Shown: positions 8,915-26,087 of the stretch, piece by piece
How positions within the stretch are numbered: position 1 is the stretch's first letter
Layout of the letters: each line of letters opens with the position of its first letter
Assembly (NCBI GenBank): GCA_029210695.1
Contig: JARGFH010000031.1
Coordinates: 1-43,248 of the forward strand
From: Acidimicrobiia bacterium
GTDB taxonomy: Bacteria > Actinomycetota > Acidimicrobiia > Spongiisociales > JAHEDJ01
Direction of reading: 5' to 3'
Length of the DNA: 43,248 nucleotides
Notes under the pieces: generated by a model
The model's input: the letters and a program-made list of their open reading frames with translations, nothing else
What the model was told of the DNA's origin: nothing
Database searches by the model: none
Made by a program: the position numbers and the translations under genes

Positions 8915-8943
8915 ACTATCGCGCATATGCCGCAACTTGGCTA
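8915..8943 (-). promoter_or_regulatory. Putative promoter of the ncRNA candidate
   Basis: Minus-strand TAGCCA (8943-8938), 17 bp, GATAGT (8920-8915); predicted +1 A at 8908. Confidence 0.45.
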
Positions 8944-8991
8944 GCGGAAACTCGGTGCGTGACGCGGATCGCGCGGATAGAGAAGTTGCGG

Positions 8992-9057
8992 CGTCGCGAG
9001 TCGCGGGTCGCGAGTGGCTGGTGCGTGCCCGCGACTCGCGACGAGTAACTCGCGACG
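8992..9057. repeat. GTCGCGR heptamer array forming a 16-bp inverted repeat
   Basis: CGTCGCGAGTCGCGGG (8992-9007) / CCCGCGACTCGCGACG (9028-9043), plus an extra unit. Confidence 0.85.
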
Positions 9058-9125
9058 ATTCTGACAACTTGCTGTTCCCAACAGGAGGGCGTACGCTCCG
9101 TGCCAACAACTCCAACCTCGGTTCT

Positions 9126-9175
9126 GAGACCGCCGGTGCCTTCGGGCTCAAAGGGTTCGCCCGCCTGCGTAGACC
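9126..9175 (+). promoter_or_regulatory. L10 leader (rplJL autoregulatory RNA)
   Basis: GAGACCGCCGGTGCC-TTCG-GGCTCAAAGGG-TTCG-CCCGCCTGCGTAGAC matches the L10 leader pattern; upstream of rplJ. Confidence 0.75.
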
Positions 9176-9243
9176 GCCTCCCACAGGGGTCCCCGTCTCA
9201 TCATGACCGAGGGACCTTTTCTAATGTGAGGAGGAGTACGCGT

Positions 9244-10053
9244 ATGCCGAGACCTGAAAAGGTCCAAGCAGTTGAAGAAATCAAGGAGCGTCTCGAGAAC
9301 TCTGAGGCGACCTTCCTGGCCGAGTACCGGGGACTGTCCGTGTCCGAGCAGCAGCAGCTGCGTCGCGGATTGCGGGCTGCAGATGCCGAGTACAAGGTTG
9401 TGAAGATGTCGCTGGCCCGCCGCGCCGCGACCGAACTCGGACTCGATGAACTCATCGAGTCGATGCACGGGCCGACGGCGCTTGCGTTCGCGAATTCGGA
9501 TGCGGTTCCGGTTGCCAAGGTTTTGAAGGACTTCGCCAAAGAGCACGATCGTCTCGTGCTCAAAGTTGGTCTGATGTCCGGCAAGCTCTTGCCGCCGGAA
9601 CAGGTGAGCAAGCTCGCCGAAATCGAACCGCGCGATGTCTTGCTCGCCAAGATTGCGGGAGCTGCCAAGGCGCCGCTCAGCAAGATGGCAGGCATGCTCG
9701 GGTCGTTTGTGCGGGATTCCGCTTCGTTGTTCTTCCAACTGCTCGAGATAAAAGAATCGAGTGAACCGGCGCCGGCCGCTGAAGTCGAGGCACCCGCCTC
9801 GACAGACCGGGTCGAGGCTGCTGCCGACCCCGCCGAGGTTTCCGCTCCGGCAGACAAGGCCGAAGTCGCCGAAACGACGACCGATGAAGCAGCCGAGGGC
9901 GAGGAGCCCACAGCTGAAGTTGATCAGACCCATTCGGCCGAGGCAGAACTTGCCGAAGCCGGCGAAGGTCCCGAGGAAGAGGCCGAGTCAGACGACGAGT
10001 CCGATTCCGACTCCCAAAATGATGACAAGGCCGACCAGGCCGAGGAGGAGTAA
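9244..10053 (+). CDS. rplJ: 50S ribosomal protein L10 with long acidic C-terminal extension
   Basis: [34 protein letters not shown] before ATG 9244. Confidence 0.96.
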   Translation: MPRPEKVQAVEEIKERLENSEATFLAEYRGLSVSEQQQLRRGLRAADAEYKVVKMSLARRAATELGLDELIESMHGPTALAFANSDAVPVAKVLKDFAKEHDRLVLKVGLMSGKLLPPEQVSKLAEIEPRDVLLAKIAGAAKAPLSKMAGMLGSFVRDSASLFFQLLEIKESSEPAPAAEVEAPASTDRVEAAADPAEVSAPADKAEVAETTTDEAAEGEEPTAEVDQTHSAEAELAEAGEGPEEEAESDDESDSDSQNDDKADQAEEE

Positions 10054-10055
10054 AC

Positions 10056-10439
10056 ATGGCAAAGATGACTACCGACGACCTCTTGGGTGTCTTCGAGGAG
10101 ATGACGGTCCTCGAGCTCAAGGAGTTCCTCGATGCCTTCGAGGAGAAGTTCGATGTGACTGCCGCCGCGCCCATGGCGATGGCCGCCGTCGCTGCCGGAG
10201 GCGCCGATGCTGTTGCCGAAGAGGAGCAAGATGAGTTCAGTGTCTTCCTCGTTGCAGCCGGCGACAAGAAGATCCAGGTGATCAAAGAGGTCCGCGCACT
10301 CACGAGCCTCGGGCTCAAAGAGGCGAAAGAACTCGTCGACAACGCCCCCAATGCGGTGCTCGAGGGTCTGGACAAGGAAACAGCAGAGAAGGCGAAAGAG
10401 AAACTCGAGGGCGCAGGCGCCACCGTGGAGCTCCGGTAG
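10056..10439 (+). CDS. rplL: 50S ribosomal protein L7/L12
   Basis: [31 protein letters not shown]. Confidence 0.98.
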   Translation: MAKMTTDDLLGVFEEMTVLELKEFLDAFEEKFDVTAAAPMAMAAVAAGGADAVAEEEQDEFSVFLVAAGDKKIQVIKEVRALTSLGLKEAKELVDNAPNAVLEGLDKETAEKAKEKLEGAGATVELR

Positions 10440-10521
10440 CGGTGTCTCGGGACGCTCTGCGTCCCGAGCTTTGGAGTTCGGGCTTCGCCCGGACATCCCC
10501 TGCCTTCGCTGCAACGTATTT

Positions 10522-10555
10522 CGAGAGGGGCCGTCCGGAAGGGCGGCCCCTCTCG
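10522..10555 (+). terminator. Terminator-like hairpin after rplL
   Basis: CGAGAGGGGCCGTCC-GGAA-GGGCGGCCCCTCTCG. Confidence 0.7.
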
Positions 10556-10689
10556 TTGCTCCTCGCGACGACTCCGGGGATCTCGCTATCCAGTACTTGA
10601 ATACCCTTGACCATGCGACCATCAATTCGATACACTTCCCGGGAAGGGGCCGCGGTACAGCACCGCGGATAATTGATTGTTTTTCCGCC

Positions 10690-10718
10690 TTGTAGGCAGG
10701 GCTAGCGCGTGCTATCCT
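10690..10718 (+). promoter_or_regulatory. rpoBC promoter (extended -10)
   Basis: TTGTAG-17 bp-TATCCT with TG at the extended -10 position; A/T tract upstream. Confidence 0.65.
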
Positions 10719-10771
10719 GCTGTTTCGCCGTTTCGAGATATCCATCCCTAGGGTCATAAGGAGGCTCGCCG

Positions 10772-14155
<3,384 letters not shown>

Positions 14156-14183
14156 CCTCCAGCTGTGAGCGAAGGAGCGTGTC

Positions 14184-18134
<3,951 letters not shown>

Positions 18135-18154
18135 TCGGTCGGCTGCTACCGAGT

Positions 18155-18181
18155 GGAAGAAGGGCCTCTGGGCCCTCTTCC
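18155..18181. terminator. Hairpin between convergent rpoC and NTase gene
   Basis: GGAAGAAGGGCC-TCTG-GGCCCTCTTCC. Confidence 0.6.
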
Positions 18182-18236
18182 AATTGCCGGCATCGATCGA
18201 TACCCGGCATAGGGACTTGGCAATGTAAGAACGATG

Positions 18237-18803
18237 TCAGTCGAGTGCCTGCTCCAGGCGGCCGAGCAGATCCGGCATGACCTGCAGAAACGGCTCGGTC
18301 CCGACCATCGCCGCGCATCTGGCCCTGATAGAGGTCCAGTTGATACGGTCGCGCGCAGCTACCGCGAGAGCAAATGCTTCGTTCCATGTGACCGCCGTTC
18401 CGTCGGTTGCCTGGAGCAGCCGGTCCATCATCAGGTCGTTGACGGAGATGATGCGTACGAGTAGTCCTCCCAGATCGATGACCTCGGGCGGTTCCTCGCC
18501 CAGGAGCGTGTCGCCGGGGACCTCAATCGCCACAGCTCCCTTCGGCGACTCGAATACCCAATGGCGGCCTCGTTTCTCCAGACCAGCCGACCGGATGCGT
18601 TCTTCATCGCGGGAGGTGACCGGACCGACGACGTCGACGTCCGTGATCCGACCTATACCCGTGTGAGTCAATTGGGCGCCGCCGCCGACGAGGACGAGTG
18701 GGGCGGCGGTGAGGGCATCGATGGCCGCGACGGCAAACAAGATTCGCTCAGCTGAATCGGCGGGCGCCTCCAATGCTTGCTTCAGCAAGTCCGCGGGTGT
18801 CAT
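18237..18803 (-). CDS. Putative Pol-beta-superfamily nucleotidyltransferase (toxin-like)
   Basis: LVLVGGGA...RITDVDVV (GG plus DxD) motif; ATGA-coupled to the upstream HTH gene. Confidence 0.6.
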   Translation of the reverse strand: MTPADLLKQALEAPADSAERILFAVAAIDALTAAPLVLVGGGAQLTHTGIGRITDVDVVGPVTSRDEERIRSAGLEKRGRHWVFESPKGAVAIEVPGDTLLGEEPPEVIDLGGLLVRIISVNDLMMDRLLQATDGTAVTWNEAFALAVAARDRINWTSIRARCAAMVGTEPFLQVMPDLLGRLEQALD

Positions 18804-19141
18804 GTGAGCAGGTTCTCCTCAGTCGACGTGTCTATGCCCCGCCGGCGCTTCCACTCGAGACGTTTGGCCGCTTCGCGGTTCGTGATTCCGCGCGCCCCCA
18901 GACGTTCTGAACCTTGCTGCATGCGAGCCTGTACGGCGTCGAGGCTCGAGTTCGTGCGCAATGACAAGCTCAGCTCGAGGCCCAGGGCACCTGCAACAAC
19001 CTCGATCGTCGAAAGTCTCGCGTCGACCTTCCCCAGCTCGAGACGCGAAAGGTTGGGCTGGGCAATACCGGTCAGGTCGGAGAGTTGGGCGAGCGTGAGT
19101 CCCATCAGCCTTCTGGAAGCACGAAGTTCTGAACTGATCAT
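18800..19141 (-). CDS. XRE-family HTH regulator (antitoxin-like), leaderless
   Basis: LRASRRLMGLTLAQLSDLTGIAQPNLSRLELGK HTH; extended -10 lies 7 nt before the ATG. Confidence 0.85.
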   Translation of the reverse strand: MISSELRASRRLMGLTLAQLSDLTGIAQPNLSRLELGKVDARLSTIEVVAGALGLELSLSLRTNSSLDAVQARMQQGSERLGARGITNREAAKRLEWKRRRGIDTSTEENLLT

Positions 19142-19169
19142 ATAAGATATATTACCATATATGATCAGT
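19133..19169 (-). promoter_or_regulatory. Operator inverted repeat overlapping leaderless promoter
   Basis: ACTGATCATATA-N13-TATATGATCAGT; minus-strand TGnTAATAT at 19157-19149. Confidence 0.8.
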
Positions 19170-19242
19170 AGTCGGATGGCAGTGAGCGGGTGCGTTCCAG
19201 GTTTGGAATGCTGCTCATGGCCTATTGCCTATTGCCCATGTC

Positions 19243-21507
19243 TCAACGCACTGCCTCGAGTCTCCTGGCGGCCGGCAAGGTCAGCGTGAAGACGCTCTCA
19301 TCGCCGGTGTGGAAATAGGTGAGCGACCCATCCATCAATTCAGCGAGTTGGAGTGAGACCGAGAGGCCCAGACCTACAGAGGCAGGCTGGCTCGGGATGT
19401 TGTGCGCCCTCTGGTAGGGCTTGAAGATCCGATCATGCGCATCGGCCGGAATCGGGTTGCCCGAATCATGAACACGGATCACAACGGTGTGTTCTTCTTG
19501 AGCGAACGTCACCCGAACCCGTTCGCCGCCGTATCGAACTGCGTTGGTCAGGAGATTGCGGAGAATCTGGCGAACACGCGTTGCATCCGCCCAGGCCGGC
19601 CGCACGTTACCGTTGCTCGATACGGACACCTTCTCCGCCGGGAGCAGGGTGTTGCCGGCGAGAACGGACTCCGTCTCTCTTCGCAGATCCACTTCACGTC
19701 TAATGATGGTCAGACCACCCGTCTCCGCTCTAGCGGAAACGAGGAGGTCTTCGACGATATTGGCCACGTCGAGGCTCTGATCGGCGATCAGCGCGATCAG
19801 TTCCCGGACCTCGCGCTCGTCGAATTCGGCCCCGTTCTCGCGCAGTTCATGAGCGAGACCAACCACCGCGGTCAGCGGCGTGCGCAACTCGTGGCTGACG
19901 CTGGCCACGAACTCGTCTTTCGACCTGACCAGTTCTTCGAGGCGATGCCTGTTCTGTTGCCTCTCCCAGAACGCCCCCACCAACGCCGCCGCCGTGTGGA
20001 GCAAGGCTCTCTCGGCTTCTTCCCAGTTGCGCACTTCTAGGTAGTCCGTGAACCCGATCGATCCGGCCCATCGCCCGGAGACCAAGATCGGGATGTTGAG
20101 TTCGACCTTCTCGTCTCCGTACTCAGACCCATTCGCGTTCGGGTCCGTCTCCGGAAACATGGTGAAGTGGTGTCCCTCGGCCAGTCGATCACGCATCTCG
20201 GGGAACTCGTCGTAACAGAACACGTAGTTCTCATATTTGCCGGAGTCCGCGTCGAACCAGATTTCGGGGTCGACGAGTTCCTGGTATCCGGGTCGAATGT
20301 ACTCGTGGGTGACCCGGGCGTAGAGTCGGTCGTCGTCACCAACGAAGTTCTCATCGACGAAGATCTTTTGAGCCTGCATGACCTGCCCGAGGGCGTGGAG
20401 GGTGGCGTCGATCGCCTGTTCATCTTCGTTCATCAGGAGCACTCGCGCGGACTCCGCGATGGCTCGTTCGAACCGGATGCGTGCGGCCTGCGCTTCGGCT
20501 AATTCCTCCAAGCGCTGTCGCTGACCGCGTCGCTCCAGAAAGGCAGCAATCGCAGAAGCGGCCGCCTGGAGCACCGCGATGTCATCCTCATCCCACTCAC
20601 GCGGTTCGAGGTCGTCGGAGACGCCGATGAGTCCCACCCATGTTCCTTCAACAAAGATGGGGATGTCGATTTCCGACTTGATTCCCGAGTGCTCGTACTT
20701 CGCCCGCTCGGTTCCTCCTAGATCTTCCACGCGAAATGCAAACACCTCTCCGGCTTCCATGTGGCGCCGCGCCACCGGCATCGTCGACCACGGGACGTCG
20801 GTCCAGAAACCCTCGGTTGGAGAGTCGGTCCTTGCCCGGGCGGCTTCGTAGAGGATCGACGTGCACAGTCCGATACCCGGTTGCGTGGAGTTCATCTCCA
20901 CGAACACCGATCGTGCCTCCGTTCCTTCAAGTAAGGCGTTCAGCGCAGCCTCGATCGCGTCCTCGTGTTTGCCCTCGTTGAGAATCCTGGTCGCTTCGGC
21001 GACTGCTTGTTCGTAACGAAGGCCGCGAGAGGCGATGTGTTCCGCCCGCCGCGATCGTTCGTCCATGCTGAGCGCCAGGTAGCCGATGAGCAAAAGGATG
21101 AATACCCGGGTCGGCACGAGTTCCGGCGGAGCGGGCGGGTCGGTGAATGGAATCGCCAGCGAGTACATCCCGGCCGCCACCGCCGGTAGAAGTCGCCCAA
21201 GCTGTCGTGGGAGGAGCAGGGGATACACAGCTACCAGCACGACATACCATGGCAAGAAGAGACTCCGCACGCCATCGGTCTGGATCAGCAGGATGAACCC
21301 ACCGATGAGTATGAGCGCCGCTCCAATGACAAGCGGTGGATGACGCCCGGTCTCCGACATGTAGGCGAGACCCACCACGCCGGCTGATGCTACGAGTATC
21401 CAGGGGACCACGCGCGAGTCGCCCTGGAGCACCAGCACAAACGCACCCTGACCAGCGACGCCGATGAGAGCGAGAGCCTGAATCGGAGGTCTCTTGATGC
21501 GGTGCAA
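19243..21507 (-). CDS. Membrane sensor histidine kinase with two GAF domains
   Basis: N-terminal TMs; two GAF-like repeats (IDIPIFVEGTWVGLIG / LNIPILVSGRWAGSIG); H-box SHELRTPLT, NLLTNAVRY, GLGL; start (TTG) uncertain. Confidence 0.9.
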   Translation of the reverse strand: MHRIKRPPIQALALIGVAGQGAFVLVLQGDSRVVPWILVASAGVVGLAYMSETGRHPPLVIGAALILIGGFILLIQTDGVRSLFLPWYVVLVAVYPLLLPRQLGRLLPAVAAGMYSLAIPFTDPPAPPELVPTRVFILLLIGYLALSMDERSRRAEHIASRGLRYEQAVAEATRILNEGKHEDAIEAALNALLEGTEARSVFVEMNSTQPGIGLCTSILYEAARARTDSPTEGFWTDVPWSTMPVARRHMEAGEVFAFRVEDLGGTERAKYEHSGIKSEIDIPIFVEGTWVGLIGVSDDLEPREWDEDDIAVLQAAASAIAAFLERRGQRQRLEELAEAQAARIRFERAIAESARVLLMNEDEQAIDATLHALGQVMQAQKIFVDENFVGDDDRLYARVTHEYIRPGYQELVDPEIWFDADSGKYENYVFCYDEFPEMRDRLAEGHHFTMFPETDPNANGSEYGDEKVELNIPILVSGRWAGSIGFTDYLEVRNWEEAERALLHTAAALVGAFWERQQNRHRLEELVRSKDEFVASVSHELRTPLTAVVGLAHELRENGAEFDEREVRELIALIADQSLDVANIVEDLLVSARAETGGLTIIRREVDLRRETESVLAGNTLLPAEKVSVSSNGNVRPAWADATRVRQILRNLLTNAVRYGGERVRVTFAQEEHTVVIRVHDSGNPIPADAHDRIFKPYQRAHNIPSQPASVGLGLSVSLQLAELMDGSLTYFHTGDESVFTLTLPAARRLEAVR

Positions 21508-21656
21508 TTCCTCTCATTCCTACCCGATGAGGATGGTGTGTGACTACCAATACCTATGTCGGCACCAAGACATGGTTCCTGAAGCTTCTAGGTCCTGTTA
21601 TCGGCGGGTGGTGCGCGCTATGATCCGGTTCCTGGCGGTGTTGCTAGGCACCGGCT

Positions 21657-21685
21657 TTGACGCCTGTCCGGCGGGAACATATACT
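21657..21685 (+). promoter_or_regulatory. SigA promoter of the str operon
   Basis: TTGACG-17 bp-TATACT. Confidence 0.85.
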
Positions 21686-21842
21686 GTGCCGCCGTGGTCC
21701 TCGCGACCACACATTCCCTCTCGCAAAGGGTCTACCGGTGTGACCTGTGCCGGTGTATGCGTCTCGAGAGTGGACAACTCAGGTTTCGGCGGAATCGGTC
21801 GGAGTCGACCGTGCGCCGAATTTCGCGTGTAGAAGGAGAACG

Positions 21843-22214
21843 ATGCCGACAATCCAGCAGTTGGTGCGGCACAATAGGAAGCCGAAGACTAAGAAAGAGA
21901 AGACGCCGGGTCTCGCAGGGGCACCCCAGCGTCGCGGCGTTTGCACGCGCGTCTATACCGTCACTCCGAAGAAGCCGAACTCGGCGCTTCGCAAGGTCGC
22001 CCGCGTCCGTCTTTCTTCTGGGATCGAGGTGACCGCCTACATCCCTGGTGAAGGACACAATCTTCAGGAACACTCGATCGTCCTCGTCCGCGGTGGACGT
22101 GTGAAGGACCTTCCCGGTGTTCGGTACAAGGTCATCCGGGGCACGCTGGATGCCTCCGGAGTTGCCGATCGCCGACAGGCTCGCTCCCGCTACGGGACGA
22201 AAAAGGAGTCCTAA
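21843..22214 (+). CDS. rpsL: 30S ribosomal protein S12
   Basis: [37 protein letters not shown]. Confidence 0.99.
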   Translation: MPTIQQLVRHNRKPKTKKEKTPGLAGAPQRRGVCTRVYTVTPKKPNSALRKVARVRLSSGIEVTAYIPGEGHNLQEHSIVLVRGGRVKDLPGVRYKVIRGTLDASGVADRRQARSRYGTKKES

Positions 22215-22687
22215 TGGCACGGCGTGGACCTGCATCCAAACGCAAGATCGAGGCCGACCCGGTATTCCGGAGTGTTCTCGTCGGCCAACTGATCAACAAG
22301 GTTCTTCTCAAGGGCAAGAAGGAGAAGGCCCGTACGATCGTGTACGGAGCGATGGAAATCGTCGAGCGCCGCGCCGGGCAAGACCCGCTGACGGTTCTCA
22401 AGCGGGCCATCGACAACCTCAAGCCTCAGCTCGAAGTCCGTTCTCGTCGGGTCGGCGGTTCGTCCTACCAGGTTCCGGTTGAGGTTCCTCCCCGTCGATC
22501 GAACACGCTGGCCATCCGCTGGTTGGTCGGCTACTCGAGGAAGCGCAAAGAGAACATCACGATGGCCGAGCGTCTGGCCAACGAGATTCTCGATGCCAGC
22601 AACCGCAACGGCGCGGCATTCAAGCGTAAAGAAGACATCCACAAGATGGCTGAGTCCAACAAGGCCTTCGCCCATTACCGCTGGTAG
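22214..22687 (+). CDS. rpsG: 30S ribosomal protein S7
   Basis: [24 protein letters not shown]. Confidence 0.99.
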   Translation: MARRGPASKRKIEADPVFRSVLVGQLINKVLLKGKKEKARTIVYGAMEIVERRAGQDPLTVLKRAIDNLKPQLEVRSRRVGGSSYQVPVEVPPRRSNTLAIRWLVGYSRKRKENITMAERLANEILDASNRNGAAFKRKEDIHKMAESNKAFAHYRW

Positions 22688-22765
22688 GTAGTGAAGCGGC
22701 AGTCACCTAGGTGACCCGGCCGCACGACTGACAAGTCCATAGCGACCGGAGAAGTAGAGAAGAAG

Positions 22766-24877
22766 ATGAGCAACAAGGATGCCTTGACGCACTTGCGTCA
22801 GATTCCTCTAAGCCGTACCCGCAACATCGGGATCATGGCGCACATCGACGCGGGCAAGACCACCTTGACCGAGCGGATCCTCTACTACACCGGTAAGACC
22901 TACAAGCTGGGTGAAGTCCACGAGGGCGCCGCGGTCATGGATTGGATGGAGCAGGAACAAGAGCGCGGCATCACGATCACTTCTGCCGCGACGACCTGCG
23001 CCTGGCACGACCATACGATCAACATCATCGATACGCCCGGTCACGTGGACTTCACAGTCGAGGTCGAGCGTTCCCTTCGAGTACTCGACGGCGCGGTGGC
23101 GGTATTCGATGCCGTGGCCGGGGTCGAGCCGCAGTCGGAGACGGTCTGGCGACAGGCCGACCGCTATCGAGTACCCCGCATGTGCTTCATCAACAAGATG
23201 GACCGGACTGGTGCGGACTTCTATTCGGCGCTCGCTTCAATTCAAGATCGGCTCGAGGCGCGTCCTGTTGCTCTGCAGCTCCCCATCGGTGCGGAAGCGG
23301 AATTCGACGGCGTCATCGACCTGGTCGAGATGCGCGCCCACATCTGGAAGGGCGACGACGGCAAGCACTGGGAAACCACCGATATTCCCATCGACATGCT
23401 CGACAAGGCGAAGGAGTGGCGTCTGTCGATGCTCGAAACCCTCGCCGACAGTGACGAACAGATCATGGTGAAGTACCTCGAAGAGGCTGAGATTTCCGCA
23501 GACGAGATCCACTCCGCGGTGCGGAGTGGTATCCGGCGGATGGACTTCACGCCGGTGCTGTGTGGTTCGGCTTTCAAGAACAAGGGTGTTCAGCCCCTTC
23601 TCGACGCCGTCATTCTCTACCTTCCGAGTCCGGCCAACCTTCCCCCGGTCACCGGATTCAAGCCGGGCGATGAAGACGTCTTGCTGTCCCGTGAGCCAGA
23701 TGACTCAGCTCCCTTTGCAGCACTGGCATTCAAGATCATGAGCGACCAGCACGTCGGCAAGCTCACCTACTTCCGTGTGTATTCCGGCCACGCCTCCAAA
23801 GGCGATTCGATCCTGAACACCAGCAACGGCAAGAAAGAGCGTCTCGGCCGTCTCCTGCGAATGCATGCCAACAGCCGTGAGGACATCGATGACATCTTCA
23901 CCGGCGACATCGTGGCCACGGTTGGGCTGAAGAACACCACGACGGGCGACACCCTGAGCGTGGTCAGCCATCCGATTCAGTTGGAGTCGATGACGTTCCC
24001 GGCGCCGGTGATCTCGGTTGCGATCGAACCCAAGACCAAGGTCGATCAGGAGAAACTCGGCGATGCACTGCATCGCCTCTCCGAGGAAGACCCGACGTTC
24101 CTGGTTCGGACCGACGAGGAGACCGGCCAGACCATCATCGGCGGCATGGGGGAACTCCACCTGGAAGTGTTGGTAGACCGCCTCGTCCGTGAGTTCAAGG
24201 TCGAAGCCAACGTCGGCCGGCCTCAGGTTGCGTACCGTGAGACGATCAAGAAAGCGATCGAAAAAGTCACGATCCGCTACGTCAAGCAGTCCGGCGGCAA
24301 GGGCCAATTCGCCCATGTGGTCATCAGCCTCGAGCCGACCGGTCCCGGAGGCGGATACGAGTTCGTCGACGAGGTCAAGGGCGGCCGTATACCGCGGGAG
24401 TTCATCCCATCGGTCGACACGGGCATTGAGGGTGCCATGGATCAGGGCGTCCTGGCCGGCTACCCACTGGTTGACGTGCGAGCCCATCTCGTTGACGGAT
24501 CGGCGCACGACGTCGACTCGAGCGAAATGGCGTTTCGTATTGCGGGATCCATGGCGCTCCAGGAGGCTGCCAAGCAGGCGGGCGTCAAACTGCTCGAACC
24601 GATCATGGCGGTCGAGGTTGTCACCCCTGAGGACTACATGGGTGACGTGATCGGAGATCTCTCCTCCCGGCGGGGAAAGATCGACAACATGGGTCAGCGG
24701 GGGAATGCTCGCGTCGTCGAGGCAGAAGTGCCGCTGGCTGAAATGTTCGGATACGCCACCGACCTGCGGTCGAGAACCCAGGGTCGCGCAACGTACACCA
24801 TGCAATTCCATTCGTACCAAGACGTACCGGACCAGGTCGCTCAGGAGATCGTGGCGAAGGTTCGCGGGGAAGCCTAA
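22766..24877 (+). CDS. fusA: Elongation factor G
   Basis: [31 protein letters not shown]. Confidence 0.99.
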   Translation: MSNKDALTHLRQIPLSRTRNIGIMAHIDAGKTTLTERILYYTGKTYKLGEVHEGAAVMDWMEQEQERGITITSAATTCAWHDHTINIIDTPGHVDFTVEVERSLRVLDGAVAVFDAVAGVEPQSETVWRQADRYRVPRMCFINKMDRTGADFYSALASIQDRLEARPVALQLPIGAEAEFDGVIDLVEMRAHIWKGDDGKHWETTDIPIDMLDKAKEWRLSMLETLADSDEQIMVKYLEEAEISADEIHSAVRSGIRRMDFTPVLCGSAFKNKGVQPLLDAVILYLPSPANLPPVTGFKPGDEDVLLSREPDDSAPFAALAFKIMSDQHVGKLTYFRVYSGHASKGDSILNTSNGKKERLGRLLRMHANSREDIDDIFTGDIVATVGLKNTTTGDTLSVVSHPIQLESMTFPAPVISVAIEPKTKVDQEKLGDALHRLSEEDPTFLVRTDEETGQTIIGGMGELHLEVLVDRLVREFKVEANVGRPQVAYRETIKKAIEKVTIRYVKQSGGKGQFAHVVISLEPTGPGGGYEFVDEVKGGRIPREFIPSVDTGIEGAMDQGVLAGYPLVDVRAHLVDGSAHDVDSSEMAFRIAGSMALQEAAKQAGVKLLEPIMAVEVVTPEDYMGDVIGDLSSRRGKIDNMGQRGNARVVEAEVPLAEMFGYATDLRSRTQGRATYTMQFHSYQDVPDQVAQEIVAKVRGEA

Positions 24878-24890
24878 GGAGGGCTCGACT

Positions 24891-26087
24891 ATGGGTAAGG
24901 CGAAGTTTGAGCGGACGAAGCCGCATGTGAATGTGGGGACGATGGGTCATATTGATCATGGGAAGACGACGTTGACGGCTGCGATTACGAAGGTGTTGTC
25001 GGAGTCTGGGGTTGGTGGGGCGACGGCGTTTACGGCGTTTGATGATATTGATAAGGCGCCGGAGGAGCGTGAGCGGGGTATCACGATTTCGATTGCTCAT
25101 GTGGAGTATGAGACGGCGAATCGTCATTATGCGCATGTGGATATGCCTGGTCATGCTGATTACATCAAGAACATGATTACGGGTGCTGCGCAGATTGATG
25201 GGGCGATTTTGGTGGTGTCGGCGGCTGATGGTCCGATGCCGCAGACGCGTGAGCATGTGTTGTTGGCTCGTCAGGTTGGGGTTCCGTTCATTGTTGTGTA
25301 TATGAATAAGACGGACATGGTTGATGATGATGAGCTTCTTGATTTGGTTGAGTTGGAGGTTCGTGAGTTGTTGTCGGAGTATGAGTTTCCTGGTGATGAG
25401 TTGCCGGTGATTCGTGGTTCGGCGTTGAAGGCGCTTGAGGGTGGGGATGAGGCTTCGGTTGCTTCGGTTATGGAGTTGATGGAGGCGGTTGATACGTATA
25501 TTCCGGTGCCGGAGCGGGATACGGAGAAGCCGTTTCAGATGCCGATTGAGGATGTGTTCTCGATTACTGGTCGGGGGACGGTGGTGACTGGGAAGGTTGA
25601 GCAGGGGATTCTCAAGACGGGTACTGAGGTTGAGATTGTTGGGATTCGTCCGACGCGCAAAACGGTGGTGACCGGGGTTGAGATGTTCCGGAAGTTGTTG
25701 GATGAGGCTCGGGCGGGTGACAATGTTGGGTTGTTGTTGCGGGGGATTGGGAAGGATGATGTGGAGCGGGGTCAGGTGATTTGTATTCCTGGTTCGATTA
25801 CTCCGCATACTGATTTTGAGGCGAATGTGTATGTGTTGACTCGGGATGAGGGTGGCCGGCATAACCCGTTTTTCCCTGGGTATCGGCCGCAGTTTTATTT
25901 CCGGACGACGGATGTGACTGGGTCGGTGACGTTGCCTGAGGGTACTGAGATGGTGATGCCTGGTGATAACACGACGATGACGGTGGAGTTGATTAATCCG
26001 ATTGCTATGCATGAGGGTCGTGATTTCGCGATTCGTGAGGGTGGTCGGACGGTTGGTGCTGGTCGGGTCACCAAGATTCTGAAGTAA
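24891..26087 (+). CDS. tuf: Elongation factor Tu (copy 2, str operon)
   Basis: Protein identical to 2580..3776; AGGAGG RBS. Confidence 0.99.
   Translation: MGKAKFERTKPHVNVGTMGHIDHGKTTLTAAITKVLSESGVGGATAFTAFDDIDKAPEERERGITISIAHVEYETANRHYAHVDMPGHADYIKNMITGAAQIDGAILVVSAADGPMPQTREHVLLARQVGVPFIVVYMNKTDMVDDDELLDLVELEVRELLSEYEFPGDELPVIRGSALKALEGGDEASVASVMELMEAVDTYIPVPERDTEKPFQMPIEDVFSITGRGTVVTGKVEQGILKTGTEVEIVGIRPTRKTVVTGVEMFRKLLDEARAGDNVGLLLRGIGKDDVERGQVICIPGSITPHTDFEANVYVLTRDEGGRHNPFFPGYRPQFYFRTTDVTGSVTLPEGTEMVMPGDNTTMTVELINPIAMHEGRDFAIREGGRTVGAGRVTKILK

Noticed and set aside
8553..9057. CRISPR array
   Set aside because: Repeat unit is 7 bp with no unique spacers, and there are no cas genes
8625..9206. 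193-aa plus-strand and 101-aa minus-strand ORFs in the rplA-rplJ gap
   Set aside because: They translate heptamer repeats and the L10 leader, are Arg-rich and lack an RBS; RNA structure explains the region better
9100..9243. N-terminal extensions from the ORF track (rplJ, rpsL, tuf copy 2, rplF, adk, rpsD, rpsQ)
   Set aside because: Downstream starts have an RBS or a coupling overlap and match canonical N-termini
22688..22765. Bridging mini-ORFs in the rpsG-fusA, nusG-rplK, rpmD-rplO and rplO-secY spacers
   Set aside because: Only short or uncoupled ORFs were found, so bridging is not universal; the 14-bp palindrome GTCACCTAGGTGAC here is unexplained
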